From positions 9,269,337 through 9,333,336 of the forward strand of contig CM082586.2 of assembly GCA_040954595.2 (NCBI GenBank): 64,000 bases of DNA, in the 5' to 3' direction. Shown here piece after piece: positions 62,701-64,000 of the stretch (its first letter is position 1; every line of letters begins with the position of its first letter). Position numbers and translations under genes: made by a program. Source of the stretch: Balanoglossus misakiensis (Eukaryota; Animalia; Hemichordata). The notes below the pieces were generated by a model that did not search any database, was not told the DNA's origin, and was given only the letters and a program-made list of their open reading frames with translations.

Positions 62701-64000
62701 AAATCATTTGCGGAGGAATTGCTTAGTTCTACTATCAGTCACACTGTGGTTTAATATCAGATAGGATGATTGTCCACTTCCATGCAACGTCTGTAAACAT
62801 GTAAAAGCACTAGCCCATTTCTTTGAATTTGTTATTCAGGGGTGACGGAAGAAAAACATATTGTAATAGTTCTTAGAAATGGTGTTTATTGAATACATCA
62901 GAAAGGAAGGGACTTGTATGTGAAGAACAATCATTGTGCTATGTGGTGTTAAGATCATTGGATAGTGCCATTACTTACAACAGTGGCTTCAATAAAACAT
63001 TGGTATGATGTATGTTTCTTGATATCCCTGCCTTGTTATTGAACTTGTATATTAAATTACTAAGTGTAAATCAGGTCTAAAACAATCGTTTGTGATTTGT
63101 ATGAGTACATAATGAAAATGCCAGGATGTAAGGTCATACAGGGGTCAGGATTCAAGCCTTGTCAGGTTCTTCAGGAGGGAAATGCGGTGTCAGTGAATAC
63201 TGTGTGTGTATTTGTCCGTGTGTGTGTCTGTATGTATGAATGCATACATACATGAATGCTTGTCATTGTACTTGGACTTGATATTGCTGACTGGTGGAAA
63301 TGGTTTTGAAGTGAAATTTTATTCAGATTTGGCTGAGTACATTGCAACGTAAATGGGAAAATGTCGGGTCATTCAGGGTCAGGTCTGAAGCCTTATTTGG
63401 TTGTACACGGTGGATGTTGGGGTGTCCGTGTATTTGTTTATGTCTGTGCAAATGCATACATGTATGCCTATCGTACTTGGACTTGATATTGCTAACTGGT
63501 GGAAATGATTTTGAAGTGAAATTTTATTCAGATTTGGCTGAGTACATTGCAACATAAATGGGAAAATGTCGGGTCATTCAGGGTCAGGTCTGAAGCCTTA
63601 TTTGGTTGTACACGGTGGATGTTGGGGTCTCCGTGTATTTGTTTATGTCTGTGCAAATTCATACATGTATGCCTATCGTACTTGGACTTGATATTGCTAA
63701 CTGGTGGAAATGATTTTGAAGTGAAATTTTATTCAGATTTGGCTGAGTACATTGCAACGTAAATGGGAAAATGTCGGGTCATTCAGGGTCAGGTCTGAAG
63801 CCTTATTTGGTTGTACACGGTGGATGTTGGGGTGTCCGTGTATTTGTTTATGTCTGTGCAAATTCATACATGTATGCCTATCGTACTTGGACTTGATATT
63901 GCTAACTGGAAGTGAAATTTTATTCAAATTTGGCCGAGTACATTGCAACGTAAATGGGAAAATGTCGGGTCATTCAGGGTCAGGTCTGAAGCCTTATTTG
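59771..64000 (+). mobile_element. 5' part of a second long, putatively autonomous Helentron (family A ends), truncated by the window edge
   Basis: Family-A left end and cores to ~61025, then unique sequence with collinear similarity to 24380-25430 of the autonomous element (gcacttgaatccgaa, tccgaaaacgaat, ggtgagt, ggtagtgtgattttg, caatatggcggc, cag|att...tcaag|gtgagtgtt). Confidence 0.65.
63268..64000 (+). repeat. 205-bp tandem repeat, >=3.5 highly similar copies
   Basis: gtacttggacttgatattgct...gagtacattgcaacgtaaatgggaaaatgtcgggtcattcagggtcagg recurs with a 205-bp period (ORF track 63342/63547); the fourth copy has a short deletion. Confidence 0.95.

Overview
Animal (eukaryotic) genomic DNA made up almost entirely of rolling-circle transposons of the Helentron/Helitron2 (HLE2) class. 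The centrepiece is an apparently intact ~14.5 kb autonomous element (24220-38722). It encodes a 2446-aa OTU protease + Zn-finger + HUH-Y2 Rep + Pif1-like helicase + APE endonuclease polyprotein behind a probably spliced 5' UTR. Around it lie about 30 non-autonomous 1.2-1.7 kb HINE-like elements, all in the same orientation, which at first look like a 1.4-kb satellite. Reading the termini shows the array is a 'Russian doll'. Each new element has inserted, without target duplication, into the (GAA/GAAA/AAT)n tail about 20-50 bp inside the right-end hairpin of an earlier element. Left ends therefore accumulate along the array, and displaced right-end hairpins pile up in stacks of 2-5 that mostly close like matched parentheses, with family-specific terminal variants pairing correctly. 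A second, diverged putative autonomous element starts at 59771 and runs off the window. No host genes are evident, and the short ORFs are by-products of the repeats. All calls come from reading the sequence by eye; no searches were run.
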